Shown here one piece after another: positions 63,556-64,000 of a stretch of DNA of 64,000 bases. The position numbers were made by a program, and so were the translations under genes. The notes beneath the pieces were generated by a model. The model had not been told where the DNA came from, searched no databases, and was given only the letters and a program-made list of their open reading frames with translations. Numbering within the stretch: the stretch's first letter is position 1; each line of letters opens with the position of its first letter. Source of the DNA: Guillardia theta CCMP2712 (taxonomy: Eukaryota; Protista; Cryptophyta); contig NW_005434587.1 of NCBI RefSeq assembly GCF_000315625.1, forward strand, positions 1-64,000. The letters run 5' to 3'.

Positions 63556-64000
63556 CTGTAGAGCTTTGTCAGAAACAGTCTGTTCAATGAAGCCTTGCTA
63601 TGTATAGTTCCCTCGCAGGAAAAAAATGAGCTTTGGCAGATGGAGCTGATTGAATTAGAGAGCATGGGCTCAGGGCAACTGGCCTACGGAAGGGCTGGAA
63701 TGCAGTTCCAAGAAAGGAATGAGCAGAACAGCACTGGACAGGAAGGAGAAGCAGTCAGGCAAAGGCAAGGGAGGGAGGCAGAGGAACAAGAACGAGCACA
63801 AGCGCATAGAACAAAGAGCACAGCGAGAGCGGCATTGGCCGAGAGCATCACAGGCTGCCTTGGCCAAGGGCGGACGGTTTGCGCGGTTGGGGTCCACAGC
63901 ATTTTGAAACAATATTGAATCAAAATTTGAAATTCGAGAGAAGAAATTGAACATGCAGAAGAAGAGTAGTGAGCCCCCGATGACTAGCCGTGTCAAATTC

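Noticed and set aside
63595-64000. ORFs at the right edge of the window
   Set aside because: Both strands are open, there is no motif and the region is cut by the window end; it could hold upstream exons of the EML-like gene.

Overview
Intron-rich eukaryotic nuclear DNA with short GT-AG introns, many simple-sequence tracts and five N gaps. A bipartite plastid leader with Phe after the signal peptide, RWP-RK genes and LRLRGG-bearing leaders suggest a cryptophyte such as Guillardia theta; this is an inference. Recognisable host genes are a BLVRB-like NAD(P)H-binding protein and a frameshifted GNAT (both inside a ~6 kb inverted duplication), a TKL kinase, a LURP-one/tubby-C protein, a GT34-like glycosyltransferase, a carnitine acyltransferase, an ABC1K kinase, a UBL-UBA protein, an FtsH/YME1 protease, an RRM protein, a cyclic-nucleotide phosphodiesterase, three tandem RWP-RK copies, an FAD oxidoreductase, a DUF4604-like protein and a large EML-like WD40 protein. 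The main finding is an AT-rich Fanzor (eukaryotic TnpB/OMEGA RNA-guided nuclease) gene at 35076-37137. Its last zinc ligand and RuvC-III Asp appear only after removal of a 61-nt intron. It has an N-terminal NLS-like motif and no adjacent transposase, and it is followed by a ~390-nt highly base-paired region that is a candidate omegaRNA. Exon boundaries were read by eye, so multi-exon gene coordinates are approximate.
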